This document shows, in pieces, positions 38,836 to 49,438 of a stretch of 64,000 bases of DNA. Made by a program: the position numbers and the translations under genes. The notes below the pieces were generated by a model. It was not told where the DNA came from and did no database searches. It was given only the letters and a program-made list of their open reading frames with translations. Origin of the DNA: Limisphaerales bacterium (GTDB lineage: Bacteria; Verrucomicrobiota; Verrucomicrobiia; Limisphaerales; JAEYXS01); contig CBDIPT010000001.1 of assembly GCA_965283725.1 (NCBI GenBank), positions 975,730 through 1,039,729 on the forward strand. Direction: 5' to 3'. Position 1 is the first letter of the stretch, and each line of letters starts with the position of its first letter.

Positions 38836-38842
38836 ATTTTCC

Positions 38843-38862
38843 TTCCGGCCCGTGCCGGAGGA
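38843..38862 (+). other. Stem-loop between dnaK and groES (weak terminator/processing site candidate)
   Basis: CTTCCGGC-CCGT-GCCGGAGG forms an 8-bp stem including one G-U pair. It is followed by the only moderately T-rich ATTTGATT. Confidence 0.3.
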
Positions 38863-38910
38863 TTTGATTCAGTAGCAATCCAAACTAAAAACACAAAGAA
38901 GAACGAACGT

Positions 38911-39204
38911 ATGGCAATTAACGTCAAACCGCTCGGTGACCGTGTTCTCATTGAACAGGTCGAAGAGAAGGAAACCAAAAAGGGCGGCATCATCATCCCC
39001 GATACCGCCAAGGAAAAGCCGATGGAAGGCGTGATCGTCGCCCTCGGTACCGGCAAGACTGATGACAACGGCAAGAAGGTCGCTTTCGAAGTGAAGAAGG
39101 GTGATCGCGTGCTCATCAGCAAGTACGGCGGCACCGAGATCAAACTCGACGGCAAGGAATACAAGTTGATGAACGTGGAAGACATCCTCGCGGTCATCGA
39201 ATAA
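38911..39204 (+). CDS. groES: Co-chaperonin GroES
   Basis: A 97-aa protein. The sequence [33 protein letters not shown] is a canonical GroES mobile-loop region. Confidence 0.98.
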   Translation: MAINVKPLGDRVLIEQVEEKETKKGGIIIPDTAKEKPMEGVIVALGTGKTDDNGKKVAFEVKKGDRVLISKYGGTEIKLDGKEYKLMNVEDILAVIE

Positions 39205-39212
39205 ATTTTTAA

Positions 39213-40880
<1,668 letters not shown>

Positions 40881-40918
40881 TTCAGCCAGTTTGCGGAGGA
40901 ACCGCAAATGCACAAGAG

Positions 40919-40950
40919 CGGGGCGGACGAAAGTCCGCCCCGTTTCTTTT
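40919..40950 (+). terminator. Rho-independent terminator after groEL
   Basis: CGGGGCGGAC-GAAA-GTCCGCCCCG forms a 10-bp stem and is followed by TTTCTTTT. A smaller hairpin, TTGCGG-AGGAA-CCGCAA, precedes it at 40891-40907. Confidence 0.8.
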
Positions 40951-40960
40951 AAAGAAAGAT

Positions 40961-41005
40961 GGGGGGAAATCGAAGACGAAGGATGACGACGAGAACGAGG
41001 ACGAT
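40961..41005. repeat. G6 + (GACGAG)-like purine-rich dispersed repeat, copy A
   Basis: GGGGGGAAATCGAAGACGAAGGATGACGACGAGAACGAGGACGAT is similar in order and composition to copy B at 51898-51939. Confidence 0.5.
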
Positions 41006-41051
41006 TTGGAATCGTTCCGCTCAGTCAATCACCACTGTCCTCTGCTGGCGC

Positions 41052-41780
41052 TTACGGCCAGAAGATGGTGTAGAACAAGGCAGCTATGATACCACCTAGT
41101 ATAGGACCGACGATGGGCACCCAGGCGTAACCCCAATCGGAACCGCCTTTACCGGCGATAGGCAGAAGGGCATGGGCGATGCGCGGGCCGAGATCTCGCG
41201 CTGGGTTGATGGCGTAGCCAGTTGGCCCGCCGAGCGAGAGGCCGATGGACCAGACAATGATGCCGACAAGGAAGGGGCCGAAGCCTACATCGAAACCGGA
41301 GCCTGCCACGAGATTGGCCGGGGTCAGAATCGCCAGCACACCCAGCACGAGCATGAAGGTGCCGATGACTTCGGTGATGATGTTAAACGCGGGTTTGCGG
41401 ACGGCCGGTGCGGTGCAGAAAACGGCGAGTTTGGCACCTTGATCTTTGGTGATTTCCCAATGAGGCAGGTAGGCCAGCCAAACGACGATACCACCGAGAA
41501 TGCCGCCAATGATTTGGGCGACGATGTATTGGCCAGCCAAGGGTGCCGCTATCTTGCCGAGGCAGAGCATGGCGATGGTCACTGCAGGGTTCAGGTGCGC
41601 ACCACTGATGCTGCCGACGCAGTACACCGCGAAGGTGACTGCCAAAGCCCAGCCAGTGGTGATGACCATCCAACCGCTGTTCTGGCCTTTGGATTGTTGC
41701 AGCACGACATTCGCGACCACGCCATCACCTAGAATGATGAGCAGCATGGTCCCAATCATTTCCGCAAGGAATGGGCTCAT
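41052..41780 (-). CDS. glpF: Aquaglyceroporin / MIP channel (GlpF-like)
   Basis: Two NPA boxes (HLNPAVTIA and AINPARDLGPR) sit in a six-TM, 242-aa protein. Confidence 0.92.
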   Translation of the reverse strand: MSPFLAEMIGTMLLIILGDGVVANVVLQQSKGQNSGWMVITTGWALAVTFAVYCVGSISGAHLNPAVTIAMLCLGKIAAPLAGQYIVAQIIGGILGGIVVWLAYLPHWEITKDQGAKLAVFCTAPAVRKPAFNIITEVIGTFMLVLGVLAILTPANLVAGSGFDVGFGPFLVGIIVWSIGLSLGGPTGYAINPARDLGPRIAHALLPIAGKGGSDWGYAWVPIVGPILGGIIAALFYTIFWP

Positions 41781-41882
41781 GAGATTTTTGTTTGTGGAAC
41801 AAAAGGGACGCTAGCGGGGTTCAGGGAGGGCGTCGATGGAAAAGAAACAGGAGGCCTTAGGCTCGCACACTCCTCACCCCGA

Positions 41883-41907
41883 CCCTCTCCTCGTTGAGTG
41901 GAGAGGG
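41883..41907. repeat. REP-like hairpin element
   Basis: CCCTCTCC-TCGTTGAGT-GGAGAGGG is preceded by CTCACCCCGA. The minus strand reads ..QRGEGRGEE.., a pattern I recall from intergenic hairpin repeats in soil bacteria. It lies between the oxidoreductase stop and the glpF start. Confidence 0.45.
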
Positions 41908-41966
41908 AGAACATTTGCCGCAGTTGCCTAGATTTACCCGCTCGGTTCGAGGCCGGGCGCGGTGCT

Positions 41967-43319
41967 TCAGACTTTATCCGGTGTGGGATGTGTCCACGGA
42001 GCGCGGTAGGGGCGCATGAGGAGTTTGTTTGCTTCAGGGTCATTGACGATCTGGCCCTTGGCGGCATCCCATTGCAAGGAACGGCCGACTTGCAGGGAGA
42101 CGTTGGCGAGGATGCTGGCGATGCTGGAGGTGACGCCTTGCTCGATGTCCGCCACGGGTTTGCTGCGGTTCTCGATGGCGGTGAGGAAGTCTTTCATGTG
42201 ACCGCGGATGGCGGGAGCCACGTGCTTTTCCAAGTCCTTCTCGGTCTTGTCTTCGGGATATTGCTCCAGCTCCATCACGACATCTTTCTTGATGCCCTGG
42301 CCTTTGCCTTGCGGGATGAATTCGTATTTGTTCACGCTGGCTTTGAGCGTGCCTTTATCCCCGTAGATGATGGCGGCCCAAGGATATTCCGGGTCAGGCG
42401 GTGTGCCCCAGGTGCGATGTGTCCAGACGACGTTCAAATTGTCGAATTCAAACGTGGCGGTTTGTGTGTCGGTGATGTTCGCCTTGCTGGCCTTGTCTAC
42501 GAGGATACCCCCGGCGGAGCTGACGCGATGAGGCGCGCCGAGGTCGAGCATCCAACGGACCATGTCGAGCATGTGGATGCACATGTCGCCGACGATGCCA
42601 TTGCCGTATTCCATGAAGGCGCGCCATTTGCGCGGATGCGTGAGGTCGCAGTAAGGGCGCATCGGTGCGGGGCCGGTCCACATCTCGTAATCGAGGTAAT
42701 CGGGCGGGGCGATGTCTGGCGGGTTATTGCGCGCGCGCATCTGGTAATAGCAGCAGATCTCCACGTGAGCGATCTTGCCGAGCTTGCCCGCTTTCACCAC
42801 TTGGTCACGGGCTTCGATGAGGTGGGGCGTGCTGCGGCGTTGGGTGCCGACTTGCACGACGCGTTTGTATTTGCGTGCGGCAGCGAGCATGGCCTGGCTC
42901 TCGACGACATCGACGCTCGTTGGTTTCTGTACGTAAACATCCACGCCTGATTTCACGGCCTCGATCATGGCCAGTGCGTGCCAGTGATCGGGCGTGGCGA
43001 TGAGGGCGATATCAATATCCTTTTCGGCGAGCAGCTTGCGGTAGTCTGAATAGGTGCGAGGCTTTTTCTTGGAGACTTGGCGTGTAGAAACAATCTCGGC
43101 GCAATCGTTCAACATGTTCTTATCGACGTCGCAGAGCGAGACGACTTCGACGGGGGCGACTTGGACGAGGCGGAGGAGGTCAGATTTGCCATACCAGCCA
43201 CAACCTAGAAGGGCGACGCGCTTGGGCTTGTCTGCGGCGAAGGTGGTGGGGATGTAACTGGCAGCAGCGGTCAAGGCGACGGCAGCAGAGCTATCGCGGA
43301 GAAATTGGCGGCGGTTCAT
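41967..43319 (-). CDS. Gfo/Idh/MocA family oxidoreductase with TAT signal
   Basis: The N-terminus [21 protein letters not shown] is a twin-arginine signal. It is followed by the Rossmann motif [11 protein letters not shown] and a DVYVQKP block. Confidence 0.9.
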   Translation of the reverse strand: MNRRQFLRDSSAAVALTAAASYIPTTFAADKPKRVALLGCGWYGKSDLLRLVQVAPVEVVSLCDVDKNMLNDCAEIVSTRQVSKKKPRTYSDYRKLLAEKDIDIALIATPDHWHALAMIEAVKSGVDVYVQKPTSVDVVESQAMLAAARKYKRVVQVGTQRRSTPHLIEARDQVVKAGKLGKIAHVEICCYYQMRARNNPPDIAPPDYLDYEMWTGPAPMRPYCDLTHPRKWRAFMEYGNGIVGDMCIHMLDMVRWMLDLGAPHRVSSAGGILVDKASKANITDTQTATFEFDNLNVVWTHRTWGTPPDPEYPWAAIIYGDKGTLKASVNKYEFIPQGKGQGIKKDVVMELEQYPEDKTEKDLEKHVAPAIRGHMKDFLTAIENRSKPVADIEQGVTSSIASILANVSLQVGRSLQWDAAKGQIVNDPEANKLLMRPYRAPWTHPTPDKV

Positions 43320-43366
43320 GCGGATATGGGAAACAGAACCGGAGAGAAAGACAAGCGTGCGGATGG

Positions 43367-44182
43367 CTATTTACCGGCCGGGGTTTGATCCGGATAAAAG
43401 CTGACTTTGGGGCGGCCTTTGAAAAAGGTCTTTTCGATGGTGACGGTGGATTTGCCGGCCAGGGCGATGGCTTCGATGGTCTCGAGACCGTTCAGGTTCC
43501 AACCGGCGAAGGAATGACGGTAGAAGTGCCAGGAATCGCGCGTGTTCAGCGGCGGCCAAAAGCTGGTGTCGAGCTGCTGGCTGAGGATGGGGCGCAGATA
43601 ATTCCAATCGCGATCGTTGTAGCTCGCATGCGGCAGGTAAGGGGTTGCGCGCAGCACGGCAGCACTGGCTTCGCTTTTGATTTTTATTTTGGCAGTAAGC
43701 GAGTCATCCGGACTGTAGAGCAGCAGGAAAGGAGGACGGAAATGCGCGCGGATACGAGTCTGGTTGGTGAGGGCAGAAAGGGCGGCCAAGAGGTTGTTAT
43801 CGGCAGGGCCAAGTTTGGTGTTGGCGCGATGGAAAAAGTAGAATTCATCCGTGGTGGCGGGCATCAGGATGAGGGCTTTCACGACGTGGTTGGACTGGAA
43901 GGAGCCGAGAAAGAGGGGGGCGAAATTGATTTCGTTGATCTCCGTCACGCGTTCGTTCAAAGGCATGGCGCGGAGGGCGTCGGGCCAGTTATCAGCGGCA
44001 TGAAGGCCTGAGGCGAACAGAAAAAAAAGAACCACGAGTTTACGGGCGCGATCCCAAATGGAGTGGTGAACAGCCGCATGATCTGTTGATGTACGGATAG
44101 GCAGTCGTCCGGATGACGAATCGTTGAGGACTGCGAGCCTAGCCATTTCGCGATAGTGAGTATCTATGCCAAGTTCGCTCAT
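43367..44182 (-). CDS. Hypothetical exported/membrane-anchored protein
   Basis: A 271-aa ORF. The internal hydrophobic segment RKLVVLFFLFASGLHAADN resembles a signal peptide or anchor. No recognisable domain, and the start is uncertain. Confidence 0.5.
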   Translation of the reverse strand: MSELGIDTHYREMARLAVLNDSSSGRLPIRTSTDHAAVHHSIWDRARKLVVLFFLFASGLHAADNWPDALRAMPLNERVTEINEINFAPLFLGSFQSNHVVKALILMPATTDEFYFFHRANTKLGPADNNLLAALSALTNQTRIRAHFRPPFLLLYSPDDSLTAKIKIKSEASAAVLRATPYLPHASYNDRDWNYLRPILSQQLDTSFWPPLNTRDSWHFYRHSFAGWNLNGLETIEAIALAGKSTVTIEKTFFKGRPKVSFYPDQTPAGK

Positions 44183-44205
44183 GAGGAGTCAGGCGTTCCG
44201 CCGGG

Positions 44206-44826
44206 TTAAACGGCCAGTTGGACGAAGCGTTCCTGCAGTTGAGCGGTCCACTTGTTCAGATAGCTGAAGCTGCGATAGATCTCCTCCAAACGGGCAAGGG
44301 GCAGGGTGCTGGCCCGCGCGGCATCACCTATGGCCGGGGCTTTTTCCCAAGCCGAGTTCATGGCCCGCAACTCCGCTTCGAGGGCGGTCTGCTGTTCCTT
44401 CAAACTGTCCTGCAGCGATTGCACTTCATCGGTCCACTCCAGACCGCGCTGGAAAAGCTGCGCCTTCACGATAGGCGATTGGGATTTGCCTTTTTCGAGT
44501 AAAAAATAATCGAGCTGTTTGCAGATCTGGCCGACTTCCACGAAGAGTTCCATCGCACCCGGAGGGATGTTCTGGATCTCGCGCGGCTTGGTGCCGAGTT
44601 CGAGCGTGAGCAGATGGAGCAAGCGGTCTTTGGTGGAGCGCAGGGTTTGGTAAGCGGCGTTCAGTTCGGAGTAGCGCTGCGTGGCGGCGGCCTTGTCCGC
44701 CTCGGCGGCGTTATGAAAGCGGTCGGGATGGGCATCGCCGGTGAGGGCGAGAAATTTGGTTTTGAGCGCGTCGGTATCGACCCAGGGGCGGCGAGTTTCT
44801 TGAAGCAGGGCGAAATAGTCGCTCAT
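44206..44826 (-). CDS. hscB: J-domain Fe-S cluster co-chaperone (HscB-like)
   Basis: The N-terminal J-domain carries the HPD motif (LTGDAHPDRFHNA...YSELNAAYQTL). A helical C-terminal domain follows. The gene is adjacent to an IscA-type gene. Confidence 0.75.
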   Translation of the reverse strand: MSDYFALLQETRRPWVDTDALKTKFLALTGDAHPDRFHNAAEADKAAATQRYSELNAAYQTLRSTKDRLLHLLTLELGTKPREIQNIPPGAMELFVEVGQICKQLDYFLLEKGKSQSPIVKAQLFQRGLEWTDEVQSLQDSLKEQQTALEAELRAMNSAWEKAPAIGDAARASTLPLARLEEIYRSFSYLNKWTAQLQERFVQLAV

Positions 44827-44843
44827 GGGTACGTCACTAAAAA

Positions 44844-45230
44844 TTACGCGCTAAAGCTCTCGCCGCAAGAACAACTAGTAGCGGCGTTGGGGTTCTTGAC
44901 CTTGAAGCCGCCGTCTTGCAGGGCATCCGAATAATCGAGTTCGGAACCGGTGACGTAGAGGGCGCTCTTGGGGTCCACGACGACTTTGATCCCGGCGCTG
45001 TTCACGAGGATGTCGCGATTGGCAGGCTTGTCCTGAAGATCCATTTTGTATTGGAGCCCGGAGCAGCCGCCGCCGATGACGGCCACACGCAGCACGCCTT
45101 CCGGACGGCCTTGCTTGGTGAGGAGGGTGCTGACCTTGCGGGCGGCATTCTCGGTCACCTTGATGAGGCGTTCGTCGCCCACGCGGAAGGCGGGGGCAGC
45201 GGCGGACTTCGTTACGGTTGCAGCAATCAT
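44844..45230 (-). CDS. iscA: Iron-sulfur cluster insertion/A-type carrier protein (IscA/ErpA/HesB family)
   Basis: The blocks RVAVIGGGCSGLQY and the C-terminal NPNAATSCSCGESFSA carry the three conserved Cys residues. Confidence 0.9.
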   Translation of the reverse strand: MIAATVTKSAAAPAFRVGDERLIKVTENAARKVSTLLTKQGRPEGVLRVAVIGGGCSGLQYKMDLQDKPANRDILVNSAGIKVVVDPKSALYVTGSELDYSDALQDGGFKVKNPNAATSCSCGESFSA

Positions 45231-45601
45231 TGCAATTTCAGCTTAGGTCTGATGATTCGGGGAGTCAATGGGGTGAAGGACAGACCAAAAAATAAGCCAA
45301 ACACGGGCAAGGGGTGATGAATAAGGAAATAACCAACTGGTGGTCATTTTTATCCAAACAAGCCGATTATGCCAGCGGACTGATTCACGGACTTTTCTGC
45401 CGACGGTCGTTTTTCAGCGGTTTTGGCGTTTTGGACGTAAGAGTGGCTGAAAAGCCGGGGTTTAGTCCGAATTGCAAGGGTGCGGCAAGAAAGCTGCTTT
45501 AGTCCGGGGCAGGTGTTGCCGATGAATGCAATTGTTACAAAAGAAGTAACGGCGATTTCAGACTCGTTTTTTCGCCGGACGGTACTAAGTTTCAACCAGC
45601 G

Positions 45602-47002
45602 ATGAACGAAGAAGTACAGAGCACACACCAAAAAGCACTGCAGATCAACCTCGACCCGAGCAAATACGGCACGTTTGCCGAAATCGGTGCGGGGCAGGAG
45701 GTTGCCCGTTGGTTCTTCCGCGTAGGAGGGGCATCGGGGACGATTGCCAAGACGATTTCAGCCTACGATATGACGGTGAGCGACGCCATTTATGGCGCAA
45801 GCGACCGTTACGTGAGCCGGCAACGGCTCCAGACCATGCTCAAGCATGAGTATGGGCTGATGATCGAGCGTCTGGCCGCCAAGCGCGGCGCGACGACGAA
45901 GTTCTTTGTGTTCGCGGATACGGTGGTGGCGCGGAGCTACACGCGGCAGGACGAGGCGCATGGCTGGCTAGGCATCAAATTCCAATCGGAGCCCGGGGCG
46001 GAGGCATCCCAGATCATCATCCACGTGCGGTTGATCGATAAGGAGAATTTGCAGGAGCAGGAAGCGCTGGGGATCATCGGCGTGAATCTGGTGCACGCGG
46101 CGTTCTACTGCCAGTGCGATCCGGAGAAGATCATCCGTTCGTTGCTGGACAACCTCACGCTGGAGCGCGTGGAGGTGGACATGATCGAGTTCAGCGGACC
46201 GGTTTTCGCTGGTGTGGACAATCGTTTGATGGCGATGCAACTGGTGCAGATCGGCCTTACGAAAGCGGCGCTCTTTACCGCAGACGGCAAGGTGGTGCAG
46301 CCGGCTGACTTGCTCTACAAGAAGGCAATCATGGTAGAGCGCGGCAGCTTCCGGCCGGTCACGAATGTAACCATCGACATGTTGAACAGTGCGCAGGCGC
46401 TCTTCGTGCAGGAGCCGAAGGTGCAGGGCGAGGATGTGCTGGTGCTGATGGAGATGACGCTGAAGAATCTGACGGATGGTGACAAGATTGATCACAAGGA
46501 CTTCCTGGCGCGCGTGGATATTTTGGGTGCTTTGGGCAAGACGGTATTGATCTCCAATTACGGGGAGTATCACCGGTTGGCTTCGTATCTGTTCCGTTAC
46601 ACGAAGAAGATGATCGGCATCTCCATGGGGGTGCCGAGTTTGAAGGAAATCTTTGACGAGAAGTATTACACGGACCTCGAAGGCGGCATCTTGGAGTCGT
46701 TCGGGCGTTTGTTCAAAAACGACTTGAAGCTCTATGTGTATCCGCTGAAGGAGCCGAAAACGGGGGCGATGATCACGGCGGAGAACCTGCGCGTAGCGCC
46801 GAACCTGCGTCATCTTTACGCTTACTTGCTGGAGAACCGCTTTATTGAAGGCTTGCGGGATATAGATGATTCCTGCCTGCCGATCTTCTCGCGGGATTGT
46901 CTGGCGAAGATCCGTTCCGGCGATGCGGCTTGGGAGAAGATGGTGCCGGAAATGGTGGCCTCGCTGATCAAAGAACGGAAGCTGTTCGGCTACCAAGGGT
47001 AG
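45602..47002 (+). CDS. Conserved protein of unknown function
   Basis: A 466-aa ORF with normal codon usage. It is followed by a terminator. The N-terminal block YGTFAEIGAGQEVARWFFRVGGASGTIAKTISAYDM looks familiar from a widespread uncharacterised family, but I cannot name it reliably. Confidence 0.7.
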   Translation: MNEEVQSTHQKALQINLDPSKYGTFAEIGAGQEVARWFFRVGGASGTIAKTISAYDMTVSDAIYGASDRYVSRQRLQTMLKHEYGLMIERLAAKRGATTKFFVFADTVVARSYTRQDEAHGWLGIKFQSEPGAEASQIIIHVRLIDKENLQEQEALGIIGVNLVHAAFYCQCDPEKIIRSLLDNLTLERVEVDMIEFSGPVFAGVDNRLMAMQLVQIGLTKAALFTADGKVVQPADLLYKKAIMVERGSFRPVTNVTIDMLNSAQALFVQEPKVQGEDVLVLMEMTLKNLTDGDKIDHKDFLARVDILGALGKTVLISNYGEYHRLASYLFRYTKKMIGISMGVPSLKEIFDEKYYTDLEGGILESFGRLFKNDLKLYVYPLKEPKTGAMITAENLRVAPNLRHLYAYLLENRFIEGLRDIDDSCLPIFSRDCLAKIRSGDAAWEKMVPEMVASLIKERKLFGYQG

Positions 47003-47049
47003 GGCGAGAGCATTCCCAAACCTGAGATTTAGGTTTTTAGCGGTAACAT

Positions 47050-47075
47050 GAGCGAGGTTTCCCTCGCTCTTTTTG
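47050..47075 (+). terminator. Rho-independent terminator
   Basis: GAGCGAGG-TTTC-CCTCGCTC is followed by TTTTTG. Confidence 0.65.
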
Positions 47076-47346
47076 CTGGCTACACTCCCCGCAGAATGGG
47101 TTTTAACACTAGGGTATTATGGCCTTGGCTTAAATTGGCATCGTTTGGGGCTTTCCGAGGAGGGTTTCAGTAGCTAAATTGCAGCGGTACGGCAACTTGA
47201 GACGGCAGCGAGAACAGAACCTGCTACTACAATTATTGCGAATCAACCCGGCCGAATGGAAGGGTTAAGACTTTGTTCGCGGGAATTTGAAGTAGTTCGG
47301 AGACAGCAGGTTATCGCTACTGGAGACAGTCGCCTGCCAGTTTGCA

Positions 47347-49368
47347 ATGCTTTGGTGGACGTTACAACAGCTGAAGTCTAAGGATGCCAAGACACGGTTC
47401 AGAGCCGTGGAGAAACTGGCGTCGATGGAGGATTCCACCGTCTTGGACCCGCTCCTGACGGCTTTGGGCGATACCGAAGCGACTATCCGCCGTTTGACCG
47501 TAGTCACTTTGGGCAAGCTGAAGGACGAACGCGCGGCGAACCCCCTCGTCAAAGCCCTCCATGACCGTGATGCCACCGTGCGTGAGGCGGCGGCTGAAGC
47601 CCTGCGCGAAATCGGTGATCGCCGGGCCATGGAGCCGCTGGTGGCGGCGCTCAAAGATGATAGTGGTGGCGTGCGTTGGCGCGCAGCCAATGCTTTGGAA
47701 TCGCTGGGCTGGTCCCCGGCCAATGACACGCAGAAAGCGTGGCAGTTGGTCGCCTTGGGCAAGTTGGAAAAAGCCGCCGCTTTGGGCACGGCGGCCATTG
47801 ATCCGTTGATCGCCTGTCTGCGGACAAGTGTCTATTACAAGCGCATGCAGGCAGTGGAGGCGCTTTCGTGGATCTCGGATGCCCGGGTGCTTAAGCCATT
47901 GATTGAAGCCTTGCGCGACGAGGACAGTAATGTCCGCGCCAAGACGGTCGAAGCCTTGGCGAGCTTGGGCGATAACCGGGCGGTCGAACCGCTGACGAAC
48001 GCGTTGCGCGATAAAGATACCCGCGTCCGCGCCACGGTGATCGAGGCGCTAAGCAAACTGGGCGATCCGCGGGCGATTGATCCAATCGCCAAACTTTTGA
48101 AGGACACGGCGTGGGATGTCCGCATGGCGGCGGTGGAGGGGTTGGGCAAGTTCAAGGATTCCCGGGTCATCGGCCATTTGGTGAATTGCCTGACGGACAA
48201 GGATCGTGACACACGGCTGGCCGCGGTGATCTCCATCGGGCGCATCGCTGATCCGGCGGCCATCGAGCACTTGGTGCTTTGCCTGACGGACGAGCACGAC
48301 CAGGTGCGGCAGACAGCTTCGGGCGTGCTGCGCAAACTCGACAAGAACTGGGAGAAATCGGCGCCCGCCAAGCAAGCGGCCACGGCGTTGCGGCAGCGGC
48401 AGCAATCGCAAGATTACTGGGTGCGGCAGGCGGCCACCGAGGTGTTGGGGAAAATCGGCGAAGGCGATGCGGCTCCGACCACGTTGGAGACGGAGCTTTC
48501 CAAATTTGCCGACCCGATGCAGGCCCGCAAGCAGACGACGATGGAGGCTTTGCTGCTGGCGCTGGAAGATTCCGATCGCGACCTGCGGCAAGCGGCCACG
48601 GAAGCCTTGGGCAAGCTGGCGGAGAAACGGGCGACGGATGCGCTCGTGAAACATCTGACGGATAAAGACGAGTGGGTATGCAAATCGGCGGCGAAATCGT
48701 TGATCAACATGGCCTGGGAACCGGCCGATCTGGCGCAGCGGGCTCGCCAATGTGTCTTGCTGGAGAAATGGGATGACGCGGCGAAGTTGGGTGAACCGGC
48801 CATCCCGGCCTTGACCATGGCGACGAACAGCCGCATCAGCACGACGCGTCTGGCGGCGGTCAAGGCGCTCGCCCATATCGCTTCGGCAAAGATCAGCGAG
48901 GCACTGGCGGCGCGATTGAGCGATGATGTGGCGGAGATCCGCAAAGCGGCCGCGCAAGGGCTGAAAGAGATCGGCTGGGCACCGCGGACGCCGGAGCATT
49001 CCGCACGTTACGCCATCGAGGTGCAGGACTGGGAGACGGCGGCGCTGGGCGGAAACATCGTGCTGCCGCTGTTGATGGAAATCGTCAAGGCCAAGGCCGA
49101 TCATGCAGATTCCTGGCAGGGGGCGGAATCGGCCCTGGCGGCGATCAATGATCCCAACGCCGTGCCGTTGCTGGTGGAGCTCGCGGCCGACCCGGATCTG
49201 GCCTCGGCTTCAGTACGGGCGCTGGAGGCGACGTTGAACCAGCACATCACTGAAGCTGCCGAGAAGGATTTGCAGGCCATCATGGCGTTCCCCGGGCTGG
49301 CGCAAAACCAATACGAATTTGACCAGAGCAACACGACATTCCAGGTGCGGTCGGTTTCGAACCGGTGA
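47347..49368 (+). CDS. HEAT-repeat (PBS-lyase HEAT-like) protein
   Basis: A 673-aa protein with more than 15 copies of the roughly 31-aa unit D..VR..A..ALG.(L/I)GD.RA(V/I)(E/D)PL...L.D. Three higher-order blocks are each punctuated by a GW.P...Q.A...L..W..AA.LG..AI segment. Confidence 0.9.
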   Translation: MLWWTLQQLKSKDAKTRFRAVEKLASMEDSTVLDPLLTALGDTEATIRRLTVVTLGKLKDERAANPLVKALHDRDATVREAAAEALREIGDRRAMEPLVAALKDDSGGVRWRAANALESLGWSPANDTQKAWQLVALGKLEKAAALGTAAIDPLIACLRTSVYYKRMQAVEALSWISDARVLKPLIEALRDEDSNVRAKTVEALASLGDNRAVEPLTNALRDKDTRVRATVIEALSKLGDPRAIDPIAKLLKDTAWDVRMAAVEGLGKFKDSRVIGHLVNCLTDKDRDTRLAAVISIGRIADPAAIEHLVLCLTDEHDQVRQTASGVLRKLDKNWEKSAPAKQAATALRQRQQSQDYWVRQAATEVLGKIGEGDAAPTTLETELSKFADPMQARKQTTMEALLLALEDSDRDLRQAATEALGKLAEKRATDALVKHLTDKDEWVCKSAAKSLINMAWEPADLAQRARQCVLLEKWDDAAKLGEPAIPALTMATNSRISTTRLAAVKALAHIASAKISEALAARLSDDVAEIRKAAAQGLKEIGWAPRTPEHSARYAIEVQDWETAALGGNIVLPLLMEIVKAKADHADSWQGAESALAAINDPNAVPLLVELAADPDLASASVRALEATLNQHITEAAEKDLQAIMAFPGLAQNQYEFDQSNTTFQVRSVSNR

Positions 49369-49438
49369 ACACGGAGCGTCTGCAACAGTTCGCCCGGCGT
49401 GAACTGGAACGCCGTAAATCTTCACTGACACCGGCCGG

